The translations under genes and the position numbers were made by a program. This document shows positions 13,531 through 26,300 of a stretch of 64,000 bases of DNA, piece after piece (position 1 is the first letter of the stretch; each line of letters begins with the position of its first letter). Origin of the DNA: Macrostomum lignano (Eukaryota); contig NIVC01003885.1 of NCBI GenBank assembly GCA_002269645.1, forward strand, positions 7,799 through 71,798, read 5' to 3'. A model generated the notes under the pieces. The model searched no databases, had not been told where the DNA came from, and saw only the letters and a program-made list of their open reading frames with translations.

Positions 13531-13577
<47 letters not shown>

Positions 13578-13598
13578 GTCTATCTGTCTGTCTGTCTG

Positions 13599-13655
<57 letters not shown>

Positions 13656-16600
13656 TAGTGTCCGTCTGTGTCTGTCTGTCTGTCTTAGTGCCTGTCTGTC
13701 TGCCTGTCTGTGCGATATTACGAGCTACAAGTAAATATTCCTGGTTATGTTGTGTTATTGCTGAATTAGTATAGCTCCTAAATTATATTAGTTACATCCA
13801 TGAACAATGATTCAAGCTATCTCAGCAATAAACCAATCAAAACCACGTGTGGCAGTAATAAAAGCATTAGACTGCACTATCAGTAGACAAGCCAGAACTG
13901 AACCGTCACTTTTCCGCACCTTTTTCCCTCGCCTGCCGCCGGCTCCAACGTCGAGATCCGCTCGCATTCGCAGCTCCTTCTCGGACATGTTCTTCAGCGC
14001 CGACATGTCGATGCCCATTTCCTCGGATTGGTACTGGAAAGTTGAACAATTTGTTTTGAAACTGTAGTGACAAATGAATTCATGGCTGAGGGTTCACCAT
14101 CAGAGGAAAGTGTTCCTGCTGCCATAGGAATTTTCGACATCAATAGACATCATATTCGAGCAAAGCACATTGTTCAGTTTGAAAATTAAGTCAGAAATGG
14201 CACGATCGATGATTTGAAAGTCGGCAGAGCACGCAATGAATTGGAAAATTTCAAGCGATAGAAGCAAACAAGACAGCAACAATCATTTCGGTCGAGCGTT
14301 GCAGTTTACGTAAAAAATAACGTTCTACGAGGTCATTCCTTCAGGTACTTACTCCTTTCTTAGAAGCAACCTGGAAATGTGTCAGATAGTTGCGTAGCGG
14401 AGTGTACGGGTTGCGAAAAATGTGAGCGGACCAATGGTACTTTTGTTTGTCTTATTAATTTTGCGTATGCTAAGTGCATCATAGGTGCGCGAGTCTGTGT
14501 AGCACACCCAGAGTCTCACTCACCTGCCAGAAGTTGGAAAACAGCAAGTTGAGCTTGCTATGCAGGTGACTCGACAGATCCTTTAAGGTTGGCGTCTTCG
14601 GCCTGTCCTTGTCCACCGTGAGACGCTGCTGCAGCCTCTCACTGGTCACCTCAACGCGACGCTTGCAGCCTTTCTCCAGGTAGGTCTTGTACAGGTAGAG
14701 GGCGTTGCCGTCGCGCTTCTTCTTTGCCTTGTCGCTAACGCCCGGCGGAAGTTCGAGAAACTCCAATGTCTCTTGGTAGAGGCTGAGCGCATTGACACTG
14801 TCCTTGCCCTCTTTGTCGGAGGCGTACTTCTTGAATAGGGCCATTACTCTGGGAATTTTGGTTAAGATGCGGCGTTTCAAATAGACTCGAATTTCTACCT
14901 CGTCAAAAAGCCATAATTATTCACATGTTACCATGAATGGAAGAGATTACTTATTGAAGAGTAACATCGAAAGGATGCCAATAATCAATAGGGAGTTGCT
15001 GAGATGCCAAGGCTTATAGGGTGAGTTGCTGAGATGCCAAGGCTTATAAGGTGAGTTGTTGAGATGCCAAGGCTTATAGGGCAATATCTTAGGCTAAATA
15101 GCTATCTTTCAAGGTTGATGCAATTTTGCTTCGAACATGGAGAAACAAATTTGGTTAGGACAATTTGACAATGAATAGAAAATCTGAAACGGGGTTCTGG
15201 ATGGGTTTGCGATTTCGAATAGTATTGTACACACAATAATCAACAATACAAAATTGGGATTCAAGTTTTATCCAAACTAAAAGTACACTAGCTCGCGTCT
15301 TACTAGATAGTATTTCCTTAAGCAGACAATCAAGAGTGACTAATTCCAAATTTTCAAACTCACGCTCGATTCTTCGTCATCTCCTTGAGCTCTGGTGCTT
15401 TTTCGACTTCCTCTTCCTCTTCGACTTTCTTTGCGCTGGCGCGTCCCTCGTAGTCCTGTAGTGATGAATTTTTCGTTTAAACGGTTTGCTGTAGGAACTT
15501 CAATAAATAAGTTCCTTAGAAAGTAAGCAGCTGCTGCCGAACATGATCCACTATTGCGGCTGTGCAAGCCGGGTCATATATGATTATAACTAAGTATATT
15601 ATCAACTAGCAACATTCCGGGTGAGAATTGGTGCACACTGAAACAAACGTTAAGCAAAAACCAAGTAAGGTAGATGAGCGCTAGTGAGTCAAATATTAGC
15701 CTTTAGTGAACACATTTTACCGATATTTAAAAAAAGTTTTGAAAAACAATCAATCAGAAAGGTGAGATGTATTATAAAACTCACAAGCTACATTATGCTT
15801 GTTTAGTGTCTAAGCCATTTACTAACTGCTTGATTTCTTTTTTTTAAATTTGAATGCATCTCTGTCTAAACGATCAAAACGTGATCCGTCATCCTTTTGA
15901 GTTCGCATGCACTTTGACGACTTGCGAAGCTGAAAGTCGATAGCTCTTTAAATGCACGTACCGCGTGCGTGTCCAACACCAAGAGGCAATTAAGTCTAGC
16001 CAATCTACTGTACCAAAGTAAAAGAAGAGGAAATGCGTGACCCGTGCTGTTTCTTTTGACGGATTAAAAGCAACTTTCGCTGAAGGGCATTGTTTTTACT
16101 GAACAAGACGCTTTGTCGCCGTCCACGAAAACTTTGGAATCAATGGCTGCCAGAGACCCATCAGTGAGCTTCTCGGTTGAAGTCATCGGAACATCTCGTC
16201 GGTGTTTACGGCGACGCTGCTTCTTTGAAGGCCTTTCAAATTTGACAGAACTACCAACGCTATCGTGCCCCTGGTGAGGTCGTTGCTCATCTTGGAAGCT
16301 GCTGTCTTCTTTTATTCTTCGAGAAGCGAGTTCCGGTATTGAGTTTGACGGCTCATCCAGTGGTGACTCAATGACTGGCAGGAGTCGCTGCTGTTTCTTC
16401 AAGCGCTTTGATCGACGCTTTGAATACTGATGGAGCACTGTCGGGTGAAGCTGAGTTGGCGCCGTGGATCTTTCTGTCGAGTTGACGTCGGTCACTTCAG
16501 GCGGTTGGACAACAACTAGGGGTGGAAGCACAAGTCGGGGAGAAGAGGACATTGCAGTTGAAGATGTAGCGACCGTTTGAGACTCTGCGGACTCCTCTGT

Positions 16601-19600
16601 AATTTTTATTGCTGCTGCTCCTGCTGCAGCTGCAGGGTTGTTGGAAGAAAAGCGAACCCGCTGCTCGACCCTGGGCAGGAGGCGTCCGGATTGCGTGCGA
16701 GCGAAACGCCGATCTGGTGGCGGGTGCGGAGTCGGCTGCGGCGGCGCAGAGGACAGTTTCCTTTCATCTGTGCTGCTAATCGAGACTATTTGAGAATCGA
16801 AGTTATCGTTAATGGAACCCTCCACCGATAGGTTAGAGCTGTTATTTTTTTCTGTGAGGTTGTTAAGCTCAACAGCCGGAACCGCCACCACGGAGTTCAC
16901 TTCAAACTGGTTGACGTCTCGGTCCGAATCGGATGATTCAACCTCTTCATCCTCATCCTCCTCTTCCTCTTGAGTTTCTTGGTCGCTGTCACTCACTTTA
17001 ACAAAGTCGAAACGAAGCAGAGGTCGACTGAGCCGTTGTTGCCGGACCATGTCAGCAAATTCACGACCCGTTTGAGAATTGACATCAACACCTTCGAGGT
17101 CTGTTGGCTCTCGTGAGCGGGCTGGAATTCTGGGCAGGCTGAACTGCACCGACTTTCTCGTGGCTGCTGCAGCCGCGGCCATCGCGTCTTGAAAGTCAAC
17201 GAACTGCGGTGGACTGTTCGTACAAGTAAGCGAATTGTCGGTCACTGGCTTCTGATTCTGCTGACTCTGCTGACTATCAAATGTCGACTGCTTTCGGTTG
17301 AACATGTAATCCTCGTTGTCCGTAGAGCTAGTCCATTGCTTTGATCCTAACTGTAAGTTAGTTTAAGTTATTGCTACTGTACAGCAATTGGACTGTAACA
17401 GAAATTTTTGGAAACTTTTGTAAAATTTTGTTTGAAATTTAAATGCCAAAGGTTTTTTAAATCATGGGAAAAGGTTAACGATTCAGACAAAAAGCAAGTG
17501 ACGGTAATTTAACTCGCACTTTGTTGGTTTGAAGTGTTACAAAACGTGTGCTTTGGGTTAGACCTAGGCTTTGTTTAGCTGAGGCTGAAAGCAATCGCGC
17601 GTGGATCATGACGGATACAATTTCTGAAGTGTTTTTTCTGATTCCTCTGATTTGGCTGAGCAACAGAAGAGGATACCTCTTTTACAGCATCCGGTCGGCT
17701 ATCGAATGTGGTTTCCGGTGTTTCGTCCTGTATTTCCGACTTTTAATAAATGGCAAAACAGAAAAATAGTTATGACACAAATAATAGCTGTTGTGTGAGA
17801 ACTTTTTGAAATCCAATAGCCTGGACTGGATCAATTGGTTAGGCAATTATTTACTTCGAATAGATAATAAATCCGCTTTACTGAAAATATCACTCGATAA
17901 CGTGTGTATAAAAGTTGTTTTTTTATGTATGAACATGAAAATCGTGTTAAATTTTTTGAAAATATTTGTTACCCATGACCACAGATCAGACGCCTTTTGC
18001 AGCAGAGTTGCAATTTAAACAAATTTGTGAGTTTTGTTAGCATGGCAACATTCGCTTTCGTTCAATGTAAATCCTTTCATTTATACGCTCGTAGTTCGTG
18101 ATTATCAAGCAAAATAGGAAGCTTAAAGAACTACAGTAAAATTTTGGAGAATCAACTCCAACTAGACCAGCTAATGCGCTTCTGGAGCTAGTACACATGC
18201 ATATATGCTTGAGATGCATATTACCCCCTCACGTAACTTCAGCAATTAGAGACTATAAAGACTAATGTTTAGAAAGTCAATTCATAAATTTACACCCCAA
18301 CAAATCACTAATTGTACGAGAGAGGTTGGAGCCAAGTGTATACACTTAAGTAAGTTTCTAACATACGTACTTTCTATTTATGAGTAACTCTGTACCCCTA
18401 AACCTTAGACAAATTAATTTTTAATGAGCAAAGGTAATGCAATCTGAATCCCGCGACTATTAAACCATAGAAAGATCTGATCAGTTGTACAGTACAGCTG
18501 CTTAAGAATTAAATAATTAATTATTCTTTACAATGCAATCTGTCGAGACAAATGTTGTCATGGAAATAAATTTACTAAAAATTTATAATTCGGCGTTTAA
18601 CTACTATAGCTACAGCGAAAATTTAAACAAAGTTAGCGGTTTGACTCTAAGCAAACAGCAATTTTTAATAGCTAAATTTATACTGCCAGAATCAAGCAGG
18701 CTCTCATTTCATTCTTCCAAACCTGAATACTTAATTAATAAAATACCGGTATTAAGCTGCATTATTGTATTATATCAATTAGGCGCAATCAGTTAACAAT
18801 ATCTAAGTTAGCCACGTCAATTCATTTTTTACCTCTTCCTCTAGCGGAACCAAAGTCTTTTTCTGTAGAATGTTTTGTTAAATTTTTATGTGAATAGTTA
18901 AATATTTAAAAAAAATTGAATCTTACGAACGTGAATTAAAAATGATTAATTACATAACGAGTGCATCTAGATTGCCAAAACAGATAGAAAATTCATCCAT
19001 AAATATAAAGAAGTGTCACAGCACGTAAGTCGTATAGAACGTTTATTATTTATATTACTAGTTTGGAATATTAACCTATACCTTTTCGAATATATTGCAG
19101 CCATTAAACTTTCACTCAAATTTGCAAGCATCGAAATCGAAATTGAATTTAAATTTGTATCTGAATTCATCGAATTTAAAGTATTCGAAAAGCATCACGA
19201 AATTGATAGTTTATTTGTTTTCTAAATGACAAAACACTGTTGGAACCCTAAATAAATGGCAAATTAAATGTCTGAATATTTTTGCACCAATCACCATGCC
19301 TTAGTACTCGTATAAATCAAATTAGTTTGACATATAAAGTTTTAGAATCGTTATCAAAGTGCAGATTCGCCGTTACACCATTAGCTAGACCGAGCACAGA
19401 GTAAGTATACATTTAGCACTTATTGATCAAGAGTGATTGATTTATTGATTATTAGCTGATGTGCTTCGCCAGAATATAGCGTGCTTTTATACCTACCTCT
19501 GATTTAAAAGAAAACAATTCAGATCGCCGTTCGTCTAAAGGTAACGCTAAAGGGAACGGGATCGGAGAACATTGACAACTTACTGACAAAAGCAGAAAAT

Positions 19601-20353
19601 CAAACAGCGAATTATATGGCCGGAACGGATTTGCAAGCAAAAAATCAAAATTTCTAAAGCAAAACAAATGCGAGCATGCGCTTATAGCTTCATTGTTTCT
19701 ATTTGTTTTAAAAACAAAAGTCGCACAAATAAACAAAAATTATTTCGGCAGTGAAAAAAATATTGAAAATTTTACCTTCCGTTGCGACACTGGAGTGACA
19801 CTAATTTCGCTGCTGTAGCTTAGCAACGCTTGTCTGGCACTCGCCTTTCAGGTGATTTTTTTAGAAAATAATTTTGTTCAGCAAAAAGTATCGAATTATT
19901 AACTTTAATCACATTTAAACCTAAAAACGGTTAATGGCCAGTTAATATGTGCGAAAGGTTTTGTTTTTCAATTTGGTGCTGCCTGCCGAAAGCCTAGGAA
20001 ATTAATTTTTTGTTTTAATATGGTGCTTTCGCTTCAAATCCAATCTAATAACGTACGAGTATTTAATATGAAATTACCTGTCCTTGACTTTTAAACCATA
20101 GAAATGCGAACTATTTTGTTTTATTGGATACGATGGGAAAAGTTAATGAATTGTTTTTTTACATTTAAAAAAAACTTTCCACATCGACACGTATTATACT
20201 GTATATGCATCTGTTACCAAAAGTTGCACCCACCCACAACAGGAGTTCTCCTCAACTTGTCTCACCGCTTTTAATGCAAGAGTGGAAGAAATGAGAGGGG
20301 TGTAGAGATGGCGATAGGGATGGAGAATGGAGGTAAAAAAAAGGCGGAGAAGG

Positions 20354-20393
<40 letters not shown>

Positions 20394-23300
20394 GAAAGCA
20401 GCAAGAGAAGGAAGAACAGACAAGCGAGTCAGAAACAGGAGACTATAAAGACTGAGATTAAAGAAGCTATGCAAGTTGAGATTAAATAAAATTTATGAAA
20501 AAGATAATAGATAACACAAAAATTTATTTGTCGACAGTAGGAAAAAACTTTTTTTACATTAAAAATTAGCTCACCTTCCGCCCAGACTCCTCCATCTCTT
20601 TGAGTCGTTTGCGCGCCGCCTTCAGCGCCTTCTTCCTCTCCAGCTCGGTGACGCGGCGTCTCTCGGCGGCGGCTTTCCTTCGCTCCGCCTTCTCCTCGTC
20701 CGTCAGGAAGTCCCAGCTGCGGCGCCGTTGCAGCTGCAGCTGCGCCTGGGATCTGAGAGGAGGATAAACAGGATGAGGGAATTCTGAAGTAGCGGTGTCA
20801 TTTGTCTCAGTCCGTCTTATTTGTCATGATACAGTTCTGCATAAGCATAGGTGGTGAAATATACTTTTCGCGCTTGGATTCTTAATAGGCTCTTGCGCAT
20901 AGCGTGTATGGACAGTTTTGATTATGCATCTTCATTGAATTTCTTCCCAATCTCATTTTTTCCTCCCTGTCTCTCTCACACTCTCTACCTCTCTTCCTGT
21001 CTGCCCTTCTCTCCCTCTCTCCATCTCCCCCTCTCTCCCCCTCTCTCCCTCTCCCCTTCTCTCCCTCTCTCCCCCTCTCCCCTTCTCTCCCTCTCTCCCC
21101 CTCTTCCCTTCTCTCCCTCTCTCCCCTCTTCCCTTCTCTCCCTCTCTCCCCCTCTCCCCTTCTCTCCCTCTCTCCCCCTCTCCCCTTCTCTCCCTCTCTC
21201 CCCCTCTCCCCTTCTACCTCCCCTCCCTCTCCCCCTCTCTCTCTTCCTCTCTACCTCTCCCCTTCTCTTACTCTCTCCCCTTCTCCTCCTCTCCCGCGCT
21301 GCCCCTCTCTCCCTTCCCCCCTCTCTCCCTCTCTACCTCTCCCCCTCTTTCCCACTCTCCCTGACTACCTCTCCCCTTTCTATGTTGTCCCTCTATCCCT
21401 CTCTCCTTCACTCCCTTTCTCCCTCTCCCCCCTCTGTCTCCCTCTCTCTCCCTCTCTATTTCTCCCCCTCTTTCCTTTGCTTCCTGACTTTACCGAGTCA
21501 ACTGAATGAGTTGACAGAGTTTGAGATTCTCAACCTCTCTCCGTCTCTTCACCTTCAATTATTCTTTATTGATTCCTTACGAAAACTTATTATCTTTAAT
21601 TGATAGATTTTCCTTGCAAATTTCATTTCAAAGTAAACAATGACTTTCTCAAGAACTATATGTATTTTCGAAATTGATAGCAGCGTTTAAATGCTAAAGA
21701 ATGTAGTGTACTAGTAGTACAAGCATAGGATAATAAATCTGTTCCTAAATCTGCAAGTACAACGTGTACTTTAAAAGTTAATATTTGACTAACGAGCGTA
21801 GATACTACGAATATAAACTATGCATATTCAATTGACAGTTTATATATTATTTGAGCATAATTACAAAAAAATAAAACATTGGACAAGTTCGAGCTACTTA
21901 ATAAAACCGTTACATGTAGCTCGTACGTGATGAAACTTTTTTTCAAAAACTGTGAACTGTGTGTGCTCACGACGAGGGAACTTGAGTGTGCAATGGTTGA
22001 TTTAAAAACGCTGGACTTCAATAAAAAAGCAATTAAGGTTCGATGAAAAGATTTAACTTCTGAGAAAAATGTTACCTGACAACTGGATCGATAAAAATTG
22101 AACGGTATCTGTCTTCTAACTACCATTTGCCGCTCAAAAATGTATAACTATGGCTATATACCAGGCCTCAGCCAATCAGAAGACACCGCTGTATTGTCTA
22201 TATATTAGGCCTCAGCCAATAAGAAGACACCGCTGTATTGTCTATATACTAGGCCTCAGCCAATAAGAAGACACCGCTGTATTGTCTAGATACTAGGCCT
22301 CAGCCAATCAGAAGACACCGCTGTATTATCTAGATACTAGGCCTCAGCCAATCATAAGACACCCGCTGTATTGTCTATATAATAAGTCTCAGCCAATCAG
22401 AAGACACCACTGCATCGTCTATACAGCCTTAGCCAATCAGAAAACATCTATGTCTTTGCTAATAAATGACTCAAATCCTTTGTAACTGCATTAAAAAGCT
22501 GTAAAATGATTTTCTTTGAACTAAAAGAATTAAAAAAGAGATGGAAACAAAAGATCTATTTAAAAAAGCCCCTGTCTCCTAGTTGCACAACAAATACCCT
22601 TTCAGGCTCTGATTATCAAACGGATCGCCGGCACTGGTGCCGACTTCGGAAAAGTTCAGAGCGGCACTCTGTCGCGAATATCGACGAGAGGATTGACGTC
22701 GAGTGGCGACGTCAGCGTCTAGCGCTGAGCCAGGAGACATTCGCGGGTCCAGACTTTGGAGTCGGCGGCTGGCTGAGCTGTGGCGATGCTGTCTGACTCG
22801 TTGATAGTTTTGGTGCGAGAAGCAAATGTTTTTTGTGATTAATAACGACGGCTCACAACCCGAATGAAGCAAAAAGTAAGGTAAGGCAAGTACACTCTCT
22901 GAACAGCGTCACAGTCACTGTACATGTAGTTTAAAACAAATAAATAAAAAAACTGGTAAATCGAACGTGTCTGCGATTATTCGGACGAAGTATTATTGAC
23001 TTTCATCGCATGTTGCTTTGCAATAAAACACAGAATTATAACAAAAAAATGGTTTAAACAACAAAGCTGAAAAACAGGTTACAGCATTCATGCAAGTTTA
23101 GAACTGTGTCTTTGGTGCTATCTAAATTGAATGACGCAAGCGAAATACCTGTAACACTTATCCCGGCGGTGTGCAAGATACGCGTAGCCACTCGATTTAT
23201 AACAACACGTTAGATATACCTTCAAGGGTTTTTACTCGTAAAAAGTTACCCAGAGGTCGCTTTCCGGTAAACGGGATTCGCCATTGATCACATAGAGGGT

Positions 23301-26300
23301 TCGGTTAATTACTGGAAACAGAGTGGCGCTGCGCGCAGTCACAGGAAGGTGAATGCTCGGTACTCTGGGGGAATACTACATGTATCACGACGGCTTCTGA
23401 CAGTGATTAACGGCTCCGAAAACTGTCGATTGTTAGAAAATATTTGTCGACACCTGCGTTGAAACAAAATGATCAGAGAGAGGCTGCTTCCATTGTTGAG
23501 TGCAACTGTTTTGGGTTACTTTGATAGCTTCAATACCTAAAGTGTCTTAGGATGGAAGTGTCTCTATAGGTATAAAATTACCTGTTGATTTCTCGTGGGA
23601 AAGTTGAAACGAAATTTAAAATTGCTACATATAGCCCAGATAACTTTAACGACTCAACACCTCAGGGTCGTTTCGGGCTCGTGAGAACCACCACCAGATG
23701 ATTCAAGTGTTAAAAATATGCTGCCTGTTATTGTAATCATACTTAAAGCAATTAGGCTTCTATAGAAATAGTTTTATAGGTGCAATTTATATCCGAGAAT
23801 ACATTTCTAAATTGAAGTTCATTTAGTCAAATTTCTCACCTTTCCGGTTGAATTCGTTTGACAATAATCTTTCCGTTTTCGATGTACACTTGAATTTCGT
23901 CTGACGTCTTTGGCGGGCTGTCGGAATCGCGATGCGACACCGATGATCTGGATGAGTCAATGTGGACATTAGCAATATTATTTTTTGTTTGTATTTTAAC
24001 CAATATGCTATTTTTTGTGTCTCTCCAACTGAAAAATTTTTTTCATTTTCGCGAATCCGCACTTTTGAGAATGTGTTGGACACCTATAAAACCTACGCAT
24101 TACAGAATCCACACATAAAGGACTCCGACCCTCGGTTCCATTAAAACTTTACAATAGCAATGCGGCCCTCTCAATGTCGTGTCTCTTCTCTCCTCTCTCC
24201 CCTCTCCACCGGTTCCCTCTCTTCTCTCTCCCCTCTCTCCCCTCTCTTTCCCCCTCTCTCTTCTCTCCTCTCTCCCTTCTCTCATCTCTCCTCTTTTTTC
24301 TCATCTTGTCTTGCTTCTTATCTCTTCTATTTCCTCTCTTTTCCTCTCTCATCTAGCACATAGCCATAAGCTGGATTCTTCATCCGGCCCTTGAGGTAAA
24401 AAACTTTGCCGACCCCGACTTAAGAGAATATGTGAAACACCTTACAGAATCTACACTTTATAGAATCTACACATTACAGAATCTACACATTACAGAATCT
24501 ACACATTACAGAATCTACACATTACAGAATCTACACATTACAGAATCTACACATTACAGAATCTACACATTACAGAATCTACACATTACAGAATCTACAC
24601 ATTACAAATCGTCTAAACTCACTCCAGGAAATTTTTCACATCCTCCTTCAAGAAGCGCAACCAGGTGTCGCCCATACGGACCACCACCGAGTCCTGAGCT
24701 TTGGCGAACACCTTCGCCGGGACTGTGTCCTTCGACCGGCGTAGCGCATCCAGGATCAGCTGATTCTCACGCTTGTCCACCTTGACCGGCTGCGCGGCGC
24801 TCACGTTCAGGTAGCGATTGAAGATGTTCCACGCGTGCCCAAGGCGCAGGAAGCGATCTGCGGTGCGTTCGTCTCGTCTGGAATATTCCTCCACCTGATT
24901 GGAGAGGGGAGGTGAGGAGACGCTGCAACCAGGTATGCTCGTAACACTGTTAAACGGGTGAGAAATCTTTGCAAAAAGTGACTCGACAACCCAGGTCACA
25001 ATCCTTGTTATCCAGGGACAAAACTGTCAAACAGGTATAACCCCGCATCCAACAGGTAATACTCCGTATCCAACAGGTAACACTCCGTATCCAACAGGTA
25101 ACACTCCGTATCCAGTAGGTCACATCCCGTATCCAACAGGTAACACTCCGTATCCAACAGGTAACACTCCGTATCCAGTAGGTCACATCCCGTATCCAAC
25201 AGGTAACACTCCGTATCCAACAGGTAACATCCCGTATCCAACAGGTAACACAACTATATAACAGGTAATACCTGTTGCAACAGGCATTTTCATTCATCAA
25301 CACATGTAGCACCACCATTCAACTTGACACATCATCTAATTAATGAATTTAAGTGCAACAGGAAAGGACAAAATCCATTAAACAACAGTGCCCTCGACTT
25401 CAAAGGAGAATATCTACAGAAGCGCGACAAAATTGAACTAAAAAATCACCTCCTGGAAGAACATCAAGCAGGCAAGCAGCTCCGGATCCCGATGTCGCAT
25501 CTCCAGGAAGCTTCGAAACGGTCCGCCAGCGATGCGGTCGACTGTCAGAGCGTCCCTCAGCCGAGCCTGGAACGGTCGCGACGCCGAGACGGGCTTAGCG
25601 GCCAGGGCCGGCTGCTGCAGCTGCGGACCGCCTTTAGCTGACCGAATCCGGTCGTCCAGCTGGCGACCTCCGGCGCGCACCCGATCCCAGGACTCGGTGA
25701 TGGCCAGGTTGTGCGCCAGGTCCGGCCGCACCGGCATGGAGTTGACCAACGACAGCGACGGGAAGATGGTCGACATGGCCGAGGCACGACGAGTGGCGTC
25801 GTTTAGCCAGGCCTGCTGCAGGTCTGAGAATGTCTGGCCTGTCAGCTCGCGTTCCTTGTGGATTATGTATCTGCAGCGCGGGTTGGGGTGAAATGCGGGA
25901 ATGTTCTGCTTAAGTGTGGCCTTATTTGTATAGTGAATATTGATACCCAACGTCAAAGGTACTAACGAAACCCACGTCTAAGGCACTAAACTCATGTCTA
26001 AGGCACTAAACTCCTGTCTAAGGCACTAAACTCATGTCTAAGGCACTAAACTCCTGTCTAAGGCACTAAACTCCTGTCTAAGGCACTAAACTCCTGTCTA
26101 AGGCACTAAACTCCTGTCTAAGGCACTAAACTCATGTCTAAGGCACTAAACTCCTGTCTAAGGCACTAAACTCCTGTCTAAGGCACTAAACTCATGTCTA
26201 AGGCACTAAACTCCTGTCTAAGGCACTAAACTCTGTCTAAGGCACTAAACTCCTGTCTAAGGCACTAAACTCCTGTCTAAGGCACTAAACTCCATCTAAG

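Noticed and set aside
13110-13774. ORFs of SVCL repeats
   Set aside because: Translations of a (TCTG)n microsatellite in an intron
20851-21603. 250-aa Leu/Ser/Pro ORF
   Set aside because: CT low-complexity tract on the strand opposite the host gene
23150-23470. Extra RGS22-like cassette exon (…[30 protein letters not shown]…)
   Set aside because: Internal stop, and the available splice sites do not give the required phase 2/2
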